Assembly: GCA_041661645.1 (NCBI GenBank)
Contig: JBAZUA010000001.1
Span: 45,618 to 109,617, forward strand
DNA from: Minisyncoccota bacterium
GTDB taxonomy: Bacteria; Patescibacteriota; Minisyncoccia; Phycocordibacterales; UBA6065
Direction of reading: 5' to 3'
Length of the DNA stretch: 64,000 bases
Part shown: piece by piece, positions 18,997 through 29,999 of the stretch
How the letters are laid out: each line of letters starts with the position of its first letter
How positions within the stretch are numbered: the first letter of the stretch is position 1
The notes under the pieces: model-generated
Seen by the model: the letters and a program-made list of their open reading frames with translations, nothing else
Database searches by the model: none
Told to the model about the DNA's origin: nothing
Translations under genes and position numbers: made by a program

Positions 18997-19839
18997 TCAG
19001 GAAGCAGGATGATCCTGATAGACCTTTGTGGCCATGAGGACCAATGAGTCGTAGTGCGTGAGGGGTCCCAAAACACCCCTGCACACGATAAGCGACTCAA
19101 CGGCGGTTTTTATCTCGGCCTTGCAGAGAGAGGACACCTTGATGAACAGCTCCCATGAGCGCTCGGGGGGAAGTTCCTCGTCAAAGGAAAGCCCTCCTAC
19201 CCCAAGCCTCACAATGATCTTCCTGAGGTCATCGACGACGAAACCTCCTTTACCCCCATGGCGAACCTTTTTCCAGAGCTCGGTCGGGGCCTCGATGAAG
19301 GCCGTGAACATGACGTCTTCCCTGAGATTAGGAACGATGTCTTTCCAGACGTTGCGGTTATTGTCATCCGTGACCCAACCGAGGAAGACCATGGACCACC
19401 TGCTGAGCTCAACGTCGATGTGGTCCGGGCCCGAGGCGCGAAAGACCCAGTTGCGCCGATGCGTCCTGTTCGTGTTGCACAGGAGATTCCTCAGAAGCGG
19501 GAGCAGGATAAACCGGTGAGGATCCTTGAAAAGGAGGCCTCTGTCCGAGCTGTTTCCGGACTCACGGCTGATAACCATGTTCACGAGCATCGAGCGAGCC
19601 TTGAGCGACAGGGTCTCCCCTCCCGCCTTGAGCTCCTCGTCGGAGAGTCCCGTCTGATCGGCGACCTCGAGATAGAAGGCGAGACGTTTTGCGCTCGTAT
19701 CCTCGTCCGATTCGTCGATCTTGATTTCGTAGCCGTGATGCAACAGGCCGAGCTGCTCATAGAGCGACAGGCCCGGGGTTTCCCAACGATCCATCCACTC
19801 TTTCCATGTGGCGGGTTTAGCGCCGATGTTTAGTTTCAT
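18997..19839 (-). CDS. orphan hypothetical protein
   Basis: 280-aa ORF with SD GAAAGGG, upstream CTCTTTGAAA motif and its own terminator at 18953-18980. Confidence 0.75.
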   Translation of the reverse strand: MKLNIGAKPATWKEWMDRWETPGLSLYEQLGLLHHGYEIKIDESDEDTSAKRLAFYLEVADQTGLSDEELKAGGETLSLKARSMLVNMVISRESGNSSDRGLLFKDPHRFILLPLLRNLLCNTNRTHRRNWVFRASGPDHIDVELSRWSMVFLGWVTDDNNRNVWKDIVPNLREDVMFTAFIEAPTELWKKVRHGGKGGFVVDDLRKIIVRLGVGGLSFDEELPPERSWELFIKVSSLCKAEIKTAVESLIVCRGVLGPLTHYDSLVLMATKVYQDHPAS

Positions 19840-19947
19840 TGTTCTGACCCTTTCGTATTTACGCCCAGTTATATAGGGCTTTATTTCAAAGAGGCGAAAT
19901 GTACGCCTGAAAAGGATACTACTCCCCTCTCCCCTTTTTGCAACCAA

Positions 19948-20757
19948 CTATCGCCCGACCAGGGTCATAAACCGCCCATTCGGCACATTCTCCCTCTTTG
20001 ATTTGAAATGCGATAAGAATTCGCTGCCAATCTCAGCCGTACCACGGGAATCACGAACGATGCTCTCGGGCTTTACGTCAATGAGAGCAAGCCTCGAGTC
20101 GAGGGCCGCTGCCAGGTCGAGAAAAGCACCACCGGTACGATGGTCAATAAAATCAGCTATCCACGGACATTTCTCGAGGGCCTGTTTCCCTACCCTCTCC
20201 CACATGCCAGACTTGGAAAGGTCATACTGCATGGCAGATATGTGCGGGCCCATATAAAACTTAACCCGCCAGATGGGAACGAGCATCGCCGTCAGAGCGT
20301 CGCCGAGCGTGCCCGTTATGTCGTTCAGGAGCCCTAAAAGACCGACGTGGAGAATGCCATGCAAGCCAGTTTCCTCGTCAGCCAACACCAAAGGAACGCA
20401 GTCTCCGCTCAGAAGCGCCACGGCAATCGTAGGGTCAACGGTCAACAGGCCATCAACGGCATCGATGTAGTCCGAAAAATCGGCGTCGATGGCGGAAGCC
20501 TTCATGAAAGGGTCATATTCGAAAGCTACCGCGCCGCCCGTAGCACCTCCCTCCTCCCTGCTGACCAGGGCCAGACTTCCCGTGTGGCGCGGCTCGATGA
20601 AGACGATGTCCGACGGGTTGACTCCGTGCGCCCGACAGAAAGCGTCCCGTCGCGCCGAGACCTCATCCCCGTCACCATAAAGGGCAGACATGTTGCCGTC
20701 CGCCTTCGTAGAGAGGATGACACGAAATCCTCCGAGAGCAATGCTATCCTTTTGCAT
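19948..20757 (-). CDS. PgeF/YfiH laccase-domain (purine nucleoside phosphorylase-like) protein
   Basis: DGNM, RHTG, DGLLT, GDCVPL, HVG, MGPHI, FLSH...GRF. Confidence 0.8.
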   Translation of the reverse strand: MQKDSIALGGFRVILSTKADGNMSALYGDGDEVSARRDAFCRAHGVNPSDIVFIEPRHTGSLALVSREEGGATGGAVAFEYDPFMKASAIDADFSDYIDAVDGLLTVDPTIAVALLSGDCVPLVLADEETGLHGILHVGLLGLLNDITGTLGDALTAMLVPIWRVKFYMGPHISAMQYDLSKSGMWERVGKQALEKCPWIADFIDHRTGGAFLDLAAALDSRLALIDVKPESIVRDSRGTAEIGSEFLSHFKSKRENVPNGRFMTLVGR

Positions 20758-20835
20758 ATGCGCAAAGTCTAGCATAAAATGGTTGAAGGGCGTCCAGAAA
20801 CCAGATCCTACACATCTCCGCAACCAGACAAGACC

Positions 20836-21036
20836 ATGAAGCTCATCTGTGCCAATGCCACATGTCGAAAGGAATTCGAGGGAAAGTCCTGCAACCACAA
20901 TCAAAGCCTGTCGTTTTGCAAAAGAGAGTGCTTCGAGGAATACCACGCGTCACCCGAGGGACGATTCGAGTCCAAGACGTTCGCCGACAACCCTCCCGCA
21001 GGCGGGTCAAAGAAGGTCGGGATGCTTGGGTGCTGA
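20836..21036 (+). CDS. small Cys-rich putative zinc-binding protein
   Basis: CANATC...FCKREC, followed by the palindromic terminator 21058-21093. Confidence 0.6.
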   Translation: MKLICANATCRKEFEGKSCNHNQSLSFCKRECFEEYHASPEGRFESKTFADNPPAGGSKKVGMLGC

Positions 21037-21057
21037 GGGCCGTCGATAGACACAGGC

Positions 21058-21093
21058 AAAGCCGCCTGCCACGTACGTGGCAGGCGGCTTTTT
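21058..21093. terminator. bidirectional terminator (perfect palindrome)
   Basis: AAAGCCGCCTGCCACGTACGTGGCAGGCGGCTTT between convergent genes. Confidence 0.85.
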
Positions 21094-21121
21094 CTTGCAT
21101 TAGTGTGACTCACCCTCTCGT

Positions 21122-21592
21122 TTAGATCCGAGCGATCACGTCAGTCTGAGACTTCTTCCAGCACGGTGACGAGCTCACCCATGGCTTGTCGCCATACTTG
21201 CCGTAGAGGATCTTGGCGAACTCGATGTTACCCTGAAGGGTATAGATGTCGAGGCCCATCTTGGTGGCGTCATCCTCGTGATAGTACTTGTTTATCTGCA
21301 TCACGCCGATGTCGTCGCTGTTGACAATGCCGCGAAGGGGCTTGCCCTCCTTGTCGAACTGCCTGAAGGAAGACTCGCACTTGGCGATTTCAGCCAATAT
21401 GGGCTTGTCCTTGAACGACTCTCGAACGTACTGTTCGGTCGTGGCGATGCTGAGGGGAATGTTCACCTCTCGGGTAAGGGCAGTCGCCTGGGTAGACGAG
21501 GCAGCCGATGCCTTTGATTCTATTACGGTGTTAGTCGAAGACGGTGAGAAAGCCGAGGCCAACATCAGGAGGCCGGTAGTAAATTCAATCAT
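21122..21592 (-). CDS. secreted lysozyme-like / SLT lytic transglycosylase
   Basis: IAKCESS, DIGVMQIN, NIEFA...PW..S..CW. Promoter TTGACA-17-TACAAT at 21724-21696. Confidence 0.8.
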   Translation of the reverse strand: MIEFTTGLLMLASAFSPSSTNTVIESKASAASSTQATALTREVNIPLSIATTEQYVRESFKDKPILAEIAKCESSFRQFDKEGKPLRGIVNSDDIGVMQINKYYHEDDATKMGLDIYTLQGNIEFAKILYGKYGDKPWVSSSPCWKKSQTDVIARI

Positions 21593-21951
21593 AGCGTGGG
21601 GTCAATATTCAGAGGAGTGGTCCCTATCGACTTGCGTCTTTGAGAGATTCCTTTCCCTAAATAAAAAACCAGAGGTATTAAGCTCTGATGGGTACATTGT
21701 AGCACCTTACGATTCAAATGTCAATAGTTATGCAATGAAATTCGCCAGTGTCAATAGAATTATACGGCCTTGTACGGCCGTAAAATAGGGTATTTGGACG
21801 GGTGCCCCCGAATGAGGTTGACCCACCCATCGGCATCCACGGTCTCAATGTCTGGAATCATCAGGGAAACAGTGTCTCGAAGGGTGAATTGGGCGTAAAA
21901 AAGCCGCGGCGCATGCGCCGCGGCTTTGATAGATGAAACGGGACAGTCCAA

Positions 21952-22350
21952 TCAGGATGATGGCCCCATGAAGACTTTGTCGGGATAGATGATTTCGAGA
22001 CGATTCAGGCGAGCCTTGTGTTTGCAACACATGGTCTCAACCAGCCAGATGAGCAGATCTGCGAGCAGGGACTTCTTCTCCTCATCGACTCTGGCGAAAC
22101 CAGTGATTTTGGGAAGGATCCGCTTGCTGACAAACAAATCAACGGTCGAAGTGGCCAAACACGGAGGTTTGTTGCAGTGACAGTGCTCGATTTGAGCCAT
22201 AATCACCAAAACCATTTCCTGAAGAAAGACATCCCCCAGAGGATCGCCCTCTTCCTTAAGCCGGTCGAGCTCTTCAAACACCAGCTTGTTCAATTGGGAA
22301 TGAAGCTCTTGTCGCTCAAAGCCACGCACTATCCATGGTTCAGCTGTCAT
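21952..22350 (-). CDS. orphan hypothetical protein
   Basis: 132-aa ORF with SD GGAG; terminator 21898-21927. Confidence 0.65.
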   Translation of the reverse strand: MTAEPWIVRGFERQELHSQLNKLVFEELDRLKEEGDPLGDVFLQEMVLVIMAQIEHCHCNKPPCLATSTVDLFVSKRILPKITGFARVDEEKKSLLADLLIWLVETMCCKHKARLNRLEIIYPDKVFMGPSS

Positions 22351-22463
22351 AATAATTTCTCCGTAATATATAGGTTTCTGTGCAAAGAATCTTTACAAAC
22401 AACATATTACACGCCTTGTCCAGATAATCAAACGATGGAGGGTATATTTTTGGGGGCAGAGAA

Positions 22464-22883
22464 TCAGATTCCCTTACAGTTCCCCGCCGGCGCATATCCA
22501 GCCTTTTCGGCCTCTTCCTTGGTCGTAAACCAGATCTTGTTGTCATTGGATATAGTGCGAGCGCCCGCACAGGTGGGCAAATGGTATTTGGTGCCGGTCT
22601 TTGAGGCCACGTACTTGCCCGTCTTGGCTGAACTGGTGGACGTAACCGGAACAGGGTCTTTTGATGCTGATTTTACGGACGCAGCCGAGCTCGTGGCACG
22701 AAACTGTATTCCCTGCCCCATCTCTATGCGTACCGGGACGGCGGGCGGCCTAAGCGGGTCGATGCGACCCGCCATATAGCCGCCCGCCCCAGCCAATACT
22801 ATGCAGGAACAGGCCCACACATCCCGTCGATCGAGAATATGGGCAAAAGCCTTGATTTTTATAAGGATATGGCTTATACTCAT
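22464..22883 (-). CDS. membrane protein with C-terminal Ada-type metal-binding domain
   Basis: TM helix, then YVASKTGTKYHLPTC...FTTKEEAEKAGY...C. Confidence 0.75.
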   Translation of the reverse strand: MSISHILIKIKAFAHILDRRDVWACSCIVLAGAGGYMAGRIDPLRPPAVPVRIEMGQGIQFRATSSAASVKSASKDPVPVTSTSSAKTGKYVASKTGTKYHLPTCAGARTISNDNKIWFTTKEEAEKAGYAPAGNCKGI

Positions 22884-22938
22884 AAACCTAAGTATAAGGC
22901 TCGATTCGCGAGAAGAGAGATAAATTTTTCTTAAACAA

Positions 22939-23211
22939 ATGGCAACAAAAAAGGCAGCCGGTAAAACAAAGAACGGTCGAGACTCAAACCCACGATACCT
23001 GGGCGTAAAGCTCTACGCGGGCGAGAAGACCAAGACGGGCTCGATCATCATCCGACAGGAGGGACTCAACACCCTTTCAGGACGAAACACGGCTCTCGGC
23101 AAGGATTACACCATCTATGCCATCAAGGAAGGCACCGTCGCTTTCAGCACCAAGCGAAAGACCGGCTTCAACGGCAAGACCAAGATCAGGAACATCGTCT
23201 CGGTAAAGTAA
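22939..23211 (+). CDS. rpmA: 50S ribosomal protein L27
   Basis: MATKKAAGKTKNGRDSNPRYLGVK...IIIRQ. Confidence 0.97.
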   Translation: MATKKAAGKTKNGRDSNPRYLGVKLYAGEKTKTGSIIIRQEGLNTLSGRNTALGKDYTIYAIKEGTVAFSTKRKTGFNGKTKIRNIVSVK

Positions 23212-23270
23212 CCTCTCGAAAAAGCCGCCTGTTGGGCGGCTTTTTCTTTGGTATCTTGTGGATTCCGTGA

Positions 23271-23714
23271 CTACTTGGCCTTTACAACGAGGGTGAAGGT
23301 GGCCGACTTGCCCTGAACCTTGATGTCGATCTTGTGCTCGCCGACTTCCTTGATGGCCTTGTCGAGCTTGATGAACTCGGGGGCGACGTCAACATGGGTC
23401 TGCTCTTTGACGAAAGGGGCTATGTCGACGGGATGGAGGCCCGCGAAAAGGTGACCCTTCTCGTTTGCTTCGGCGGTTATTTCTACGGTGGTGTCATGAA
23501 GCGACTTGAGGCTCTTTACGATGAGGTCCTCCTGGATCTTTTTCTCGGCGTCCTCCTGCTTCTTGAGGACCTCAACGCGGGCCATGACACGCGGGGTGGC
23601 AACCTCGGCGAGACCCTGGGGAATGAGGCTGTTAAGGGCGAAACCGTCGGCAACGGTCTTTATCTCGTGCTTCTTTCCGAGTCCTTTGACGTCTTTCAGT
23701 AATGCGATTTTCAT
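23271..23714 (-). CDS. rplI: 50S ribosomal protein L9
   Basis: [14 protein letters not shown]...[16 protein letters not shown]...GHLFAG. Confidence 0.95.
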   Translation of the reverse strand: MKIALLKDVKGLGKKHEIKTVADGFALNSLIPQGLAEVATPRVMARVEVLKKQEDAEKKIQEDLIVKSLKSLHDTTVEITAEANEKGHLFAGLHPVDIAPFVKEQTHVDVAPEFIKLDKAIKEVGEHKIDIKVQGKSATFTLVVKAK

Positions 23715-23839
23715 AGTGGAATAAGATTACCATATTCCCCTGCCCTGAGCCAGATTCCCGAGCATTGACAATCACCTATTTAAAATAGTATAGTATCGCC
23801 TGAACTTCTGCCTATCAACCCGCCTGTTCCCTCAAAAAA

Positions 23840-24064
23840 ATGGACCTTAGACGCTTGGTATCAAAAATAATGATCGTGATCGGAGCAATCCTGCTGCCCT
23901 TTTCCATCATCATGTTCTCGTGGAGGGGTCACGACTCTTCACTTGACCAGTTCCTCTCAAAAGCAATCATGCTGGGCTTCTTCCTTCTCCTTTCGGGAAT
24001 CTACCTCTACCTGCCAACCCGTAACAGGGGCACGTGGGACGAGGAAAGCCTTTCCCAAAGATGA
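23840..24064 (+). CDS. small two-TM orphan protein
   Basis: Own promoter (TTGACA-18-TATAGT near 23765) and terminator 24087-24119. Confidence 0.6.
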   Translation: MDLRRLVSKIMIVIGAILLPFSIIMFSWRGHDSSLDQFLSKAIMLGFFLLLSGIYLYLPTRNRGTWDEESLSQR

Positions 24065-24154
24065 CAGGGTGATCCCCTCTAACGCAAATCCCGCAAGCTG
24101 CAAGCTCGCGGGATTTTTTGCCCCTATATACCGCCCACACGTCTGACTCTCCCC

Positions 24155-25393
24155 TTATTTGACCGTGTTCAGTATTTCTACCGCCTTTGCCATCTGGGGG
24201 TCCTTCTTGGCCTTTATATCGGCATCCGTGACCGGAACGACATAGTCAGGGGTGATTCCCTCGTGAGAGATCGACCTGCCGTTTGGGGTGAGCCATCGCG
24301 CAACGGTAACCTTGAGAGATGTATCCGAAGTGATCGGCACGAGCTCCTGGACCGACCCCTTGCCGAAGGTCTTGGCGCCAACGAGCTTTGCCACACCCTG
24401 TTCGGAAAGGGCGCCCGCGAGGATTTCCGATGCCGAGGCGCTGCCACCGTCGACAAGGATGACCATGCGGAGCTTGTCGGTGAATATGTCATAGCCCTTG
24501 CTGCGATACTCCTTGTCCTCGGCCTTGCCCTGAGACTCCTCGCGAACGATCATCTTTCCCGTGGGAAGGAACCAGCTGGCCATATCCACGGCCGCGTCGA
24601 GATATCCGCCCGGATTGCCGCGAAGGTCGAGGACGAGCTTGGTATCGCCGGAATCAACAAATTCCTTGAGGGCATTCCTGAAGAGATTTGCCGAACTTGC
24701 GCTAAAGCTGTAGAGGGAGATGGTGAAAATGCCGTCCTTGTCGTCGGTCTTGAGGGTGGGTATGTCTATGATGTCTCGGATAATGCTGAGGACGAAGGGC
24801 TGGGCGATGCCGTCACGGGCGAGGGTGAGCTTGACCGAAGTCCCGCTTTTGCCGCGGATGAGCTTGACCGCCCGGTCGGTCGACATCGAGAGGGATTCAA
24901 CGTCATCAATCCTTACGATGAAGTCGCCAGCCTTGACGCCCGCAGCCTCGGCGGGACTGCCCTTGATGGGAGAGACGACGGAAAGCTTGCCATCCTTTAT
25001 GCCCACCTCCATGCCGACTCCGCTGAAGCTGCCGGCTATCTCGCTTTTGAATATCTCGGCCTCCGCTGGCGGGAAGAACACGGTGTACGGATCGCCAAGG
25101 GACTCGGTCATGCCCTTGATTGCGCCCCAGACCCTGTCCTGAGAGGAGGCCAGGGTTGATGTCGAACTGGTCGAGTTGCTGGAGAACTTGTCGTCGAGTA
25201 TCTTCCAGGCCTTCCAGAAGGTGGCGAAGTCGACGCTGTCCATCTTGCCGTCCTTGTTGATGACGTTCTGGACCAATGACTCGGCAGGAACCGACCTCAC
25301 GCCGAATTTGAAGCCTGCGAAATACGATGCCCCGACCAAGACGACCAGCACCGCCGCCGATACTATGCGCTTTGATGAATTCATGGACGCCAT
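24155..25393 (-). CDS. S41 carboxyl-terminal processing protease with PDZ domain
   Basis: LGDPYT, DLRGNPGG, SASASEI, TFGKGSVQ. Confidence 0.93.
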   Translation of the reverse strand: MASMNSSKRIVSAAVLVVLVGASYFAGFKFGVRSVPAESLVQNVINKDGKMDSVDFATFWKAWKILDDKFSSNSTSSTSTLASSQDRVWGAIKGMTESLGDPYTVFFPPAEAEIFKSEIAGSFSGVGMEVGIKDGKLSVVSPIKGSPAEAAGVKAGDFIVRIDDVESLSMSTDRAVKLIRGKSGTSVKLTLARDGIAQPFVLSIIRDIIDIPTLKTDDKDGIFTISLYSFSASSANLFRNALKEFVDSGDTKLVLDLRGNPGGYLDAAVDMASWFLPTGKMIVREESQGKAEDKEYRSKGYDIFTDKLRMVILVDGGSASASEILAGALSEQGVAKLVGAKTFGKGSVQELVPITSDTSLKVTVARWLTPNGRSISHEGITPDYVVPVTDADIKAKKDPQMAKAVEILNTVK

Positions 25394-25421
25394 TATACTA
25401 TAGGGACCACCCGAATTACAT

Positions 25422-26791
<1,370 letters not shown>

Positions 26792-26792
<1 letters not shown>

Positions 26793-27460
26793 TGAAATCG
26801 CGTGCCTTCACACTCATCGAACTCCTGGTCGTCATATCGATAATCAGCCTTTTGGCGTCCATAGTCATCTCATCCCTCGGCTCAGCGAGGCTCAAAGGCC
26901 TGGAGACATCAATAAAATCAAATCTACGCAGCGCCATAAACGCGCAGGAACTCGAATATGACAAGGCGAGCCCAAACACCTATGCCGCGGGATCAATCGC
27001 TCCCGCGGCCCTGTCCGGAATGCTTCAGGCCATCGATACTGCGGGTGGCACCACCGGATACTATAGCCGAGACGGCACGAGGTGGGCGGTCTCTGCCAAA
27101 CTAGACTCAAACACCCAAAAGAACTGGTCTGCGGACGGATCAAGCGTCGTGTCGTGGGACACGCAGGACGTGAACGTATCCGGGGCTTTTGTCTCATCGG
27201 GCGTGAAGATGAACTGGGTCACTGCCGTATCCGCCTGCGCGCTTTCGAGAGGGCGACTGCCGACAATCGAGCAGCTAGAGTCACTATTCCTGGCCCACAA
27301 CTCGCAGGTCCCCACTGCTTTTCTGCCCAGCTCGTATTGGTCAAACACCAGTGGCCTCGGCAACAATACCGCGTATTATATAAACCTGAACAACAACGTA
27401 ATACTAAGCTCCAACAAGACATCTTCGCTCTTCAAATATTACGTCCGCTGCGTTCGTTAG
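26792..27460 (+). CDS. N-methyl (type IV pilin-like) protein with C-terminal DUF1566/Lcl-type CLec domain
   Basis: RA|FTLIELLVV; NWxxAxxxC...RLPTIEQL...YWS...YVRCVR; TAATG overlap with cysS. Confidence 0.8.
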
Positions 27461-27464
27461 GGAA

Positions 27465-28340
27465 TCATCTCGACGCGACTGTCGGTAGACCCTCGGATTC
27501 GATGGCATACAATGCGCCGATTTCGGTCGCCGTGAGCGTCTTCGCGTAAAGGCGGACCTTGGTGATATTTCCTGTGAGGTAACCCGTCGTACCCCCGGCA
27601 GAGGCACCCGACAATAGCGGGCCGTTCAAATTCAGATTTCCCGCCATCCCGCTAATGCTGAAATTAGAGACGCTTGTCGCGGTGCCGTTTATGTATATGC
27701 TTACCACATTGGCGCTTCGATCAACGACCATGGCCAAGAAGGTCCATCGATTGAGCGGTATTTTCTGTGAGGTACTGAAGCTCTTGTTGGTGCCGGCCGA
27801 ATCTATCATCATCCCCGCCACGTTGCCGTTGCAGTTCATGCCCAGGGCCATGCGTACGGGGTTACCCCAGCTCGAGAGAACATTCACGTTGTGCGAACAG
27901 GAAGGGTTTGCGGTCGGGTAGATCCAGCCGGCGACCGTGAGGTTGCCCGTGCCGAGCTGATATGCGGGCACGTTCGTGCTGCCTCCCGCGTATGTTATCG
28001 GTGCCGTGCCGTTCATGACTATCGAGCAGCCCTGGTTATTGGGACTCATGTTTGACCAGGATATCCCCGACGCGATCGCGCCGCCGTTACCATAGCCCGA
28101 CCTATCTGACATGGTCACGCCTGAACACTCATTGAAATCCCACATGCCCACCGCCTGATCACCGGCGACGCCATCAAGAGTCTGCGCGAATTGGAGCCCG
28201 GCGGAGATGCGGGCCCTGTCTCGGGCTGAATTGAGCGTGGAAAGCACGACCGAGGACAGCAAGGAGATTATCGATATGACGACCAAAAGCTCGATAAGGG
28301 TGAATCCTTGATAGCGTGTCGTGGTTTCTGGATACATCAT
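27465..28340 (-). CDS. N-methyl pilin-like protein with LamG/ConA-like domain
   Basis: QG|FTLIELLVV; WDFNE.SG...D.SG.GN; TVAGWIYP; WTFLAMV; IYING; VRLY. Confidence 0.85.
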   Translation of the reverse strand: MMYPETTTRYQGFTLIELLVVISIISLLSSVVLSTLNSARDRARISAGLQFAQTLDGVAGDQAVGMWDFNECSGVTMSDRSGYGNGGAIASGISWSNMSPNNQGCSIVMNGTAPITYAGGSTNVPAYQLGTGNLTVAGWIYPTANPSCSHNVNVLSSWGNPVRMALGMNCNGNVAGMMIDSAGTNKSFSTSQKIPLNRWTFLAMVVDRSANVVSIYINGTATSVSNFSISGMAGNLNLNGPLLSGASAGGTTGYLTGNITKVRLYAKTLTATEIGALYAIESEGLPTVASR

Positions 28341-28387
28341 GGATGGCTGATATTATAACACCGCTAGTGCATGATATAATCTTTTCC

Positions 28388-29209
28388 ATGCGGACTATTT
28401 CTCGAAAGGGCTTTACCCTCGTTGAGCTCCTGGTCGTCATATCGATAATCAGCCTCCTCGCAAGCACCGTCCTGTCAACCCTAAGCGGCGTCCGAGACAA
28501 GGCTCGCGTGGCCGCGGGAAGGGAGTTCAACGCGATCGTCTATCACACCATAGGCGATATGGCCGTGGGCGTCTGGAGCTTCGATGAGTGCTCGGGAACG
28601 GCAGTGTCCGACACGTCGAGTTTGGGGAACAACGGAACCGTTGGATCGACGCTCTGGTCGAGCGACACGCCAACAGGATCGGGCTGCTCCCTCTCGTTCT
28701 CGACCTCCTATGTCAGCGTCGGCACATCAAACATGCCGAACATAGAGTCACCAAAGACCTTTAGCGTGTGGATAAAATACAACGGCGTCCCTGGCGGGAG
28801 CACGATCAACCTCTTTGCCGGCGGAAGCAACTCGATACAAATGGGCTTTAGCGGCGGAACGGCATTCAGGGTCTGGAAATATGGCGGATCGGCGCTCGTC
28901 AGCCTGCCAAGCCTCTTCTCTTCCGGCGTCTGGCATCAGGTAGTCTACACGTATGACGGGACGAATCACATACTCTATCTAGACGGAGCGGAAAAAGCCC
29001 GCTCGACGAGCGTCTCGGGACAAAGCGGTCAGACCGTAAGCGCCTCACTGGGCGGATCCGTATACGACAACCTGATAGGCATGCTCGATGACGCACGCGT
29101 CTATTCCTCAACCATTTCAGCGCAGGAAGTCGGAAGGCTCTACGCTGACGGACTATCGGCCCATCGTCCCATGGCGGACATTTCAACACTCATCCGGCCG
29201 AAGATCTAG
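28388..29209 (+). CDS. N-methyl pilin-like protein with LamG/ConA-like domain
   Basis: KG|FTLVELLVV; WSFDE; TFSVWIK; WHQVVYTYDG..LYLDG; GMLDDARVY. Confidence 0.85.
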   Translation: MRTISRKGFTLVELLVVISIISLLASTVLSTLSGVRDKARVAAGREFNAIVYHTIGDMAVGVWSFDECSGTAVSDTSSLGNNGTVGSTLWSSDTPTGSGCSLSFSTSYVSVGTSNMPNIESPKTFSVWIKYNGVPGGSTINLFAGGSNSIQMGFSGGTAFRVWKYGGSALVSLPSLFSSGVWHQVVYTYDGTNHILYLDGAEKARSTSVSGQSGQTVSASLGGSVYDNLIGMLDDARVYSSTISAQEVGRLYADGLSAHRPMADISTLIRPKI

Positions 29210-29219
29210 GTTGAAACAA

Positions 29220-29975
29220 CTATTTTCGAGAATCCCCTTTTATCGTCGCGATCGCCTCCTGTACGGTGGTCATGAACTGTGCCGGGAATATAATCGTGGA
29301 GTTTTTCTCGGTGGCGATCTCGGACATGGTCTGAAGGGTACGCAGCTGAAGGGCGACAGGATGGAGGGCTATGATGTCTGCGGCCTCACCCAATTTGACG
29401 GCGGCTTGGAACTCGCCCTCTGCGGCAACTATCTTCGCGCGGCGCTCCCTTTCGGCCTCGGCCTCTTTTGCCATGGCCCTCTGCATGTTGTCGGGAAGGA
29501 ATATATCCTTTATCTCGACGGCGGTCACCTCGGCTCCCCACGGCTCGGTATGCGCGTCTATCACATCCTTTATCTGGACGTTAATGTCGCCAGTCTGGGA
29601 AAGCAGCTGATCGAGCGAGAATCGTCCGACGATGTTTCGCACCGTGGTCTGGCTGATCTGATTCACCGCATCATACACATTCTCGATGGCGATGACGGAT
29701 TTCTGAGGATCGACGATCTTATAATACGCCACAGCGGCAATGTCTATCGAGACATTGTCCTTGGTGATTATCTTCTGCGAGGGAATGTTCATGGTGATGG
29801 TGCGCAGGGTGACCTTTGTCATCATCTCGAGGATTGGGATGAGGATGATGAGGCCCGGACCACGCACCCCCGTACACTTACCAAGAAAGAATATGACCCC
29901 TCGATCGTATTCCTTTACGACCTTGAGCGAGAGGGCGAGCAAGATGACGATAACGACTGCGATAATGGTGATCAT
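29220..29975 (-). CDS. SPFH/stomatin (band 7) protein
   Basis: [44 protein letters not shown]. Confidence 0.93.
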   Translation of the reverse strand: MITIIAVVIVILLALSLKVVKEYDRGVIFFLGKCTGVRGPGLIILIPILEMMTKVTLRTITMNIPSQKIITKDNVSIDIAAVAYYKIVDPQKSVIAIENVYDAVNQISQTTVRNIVGRFSLDQLLSQTGDINVQIKDVIDAHTEPWGAEVTAVEIKDIFLPDNMQRAMAKEAEAERERRAKIVAAEGEFQAAVKLGEAADIIALHPVALQLRTLQTMSEIATEKNSTIIFPAQFMTTVQEAIATIKGDSRK

Positions 29976-29999
29976 GATGTTTAAAGTATATATCAGTTC

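Noticed and set aside
21760-21900. c-di-AMP (ydaO) riboswitch upstream of the transglycosylase, or a 33-aa ORF
   Set aside because: The conserved ydaO motifs are not in the right order, and the ORF lacks supporting signals.
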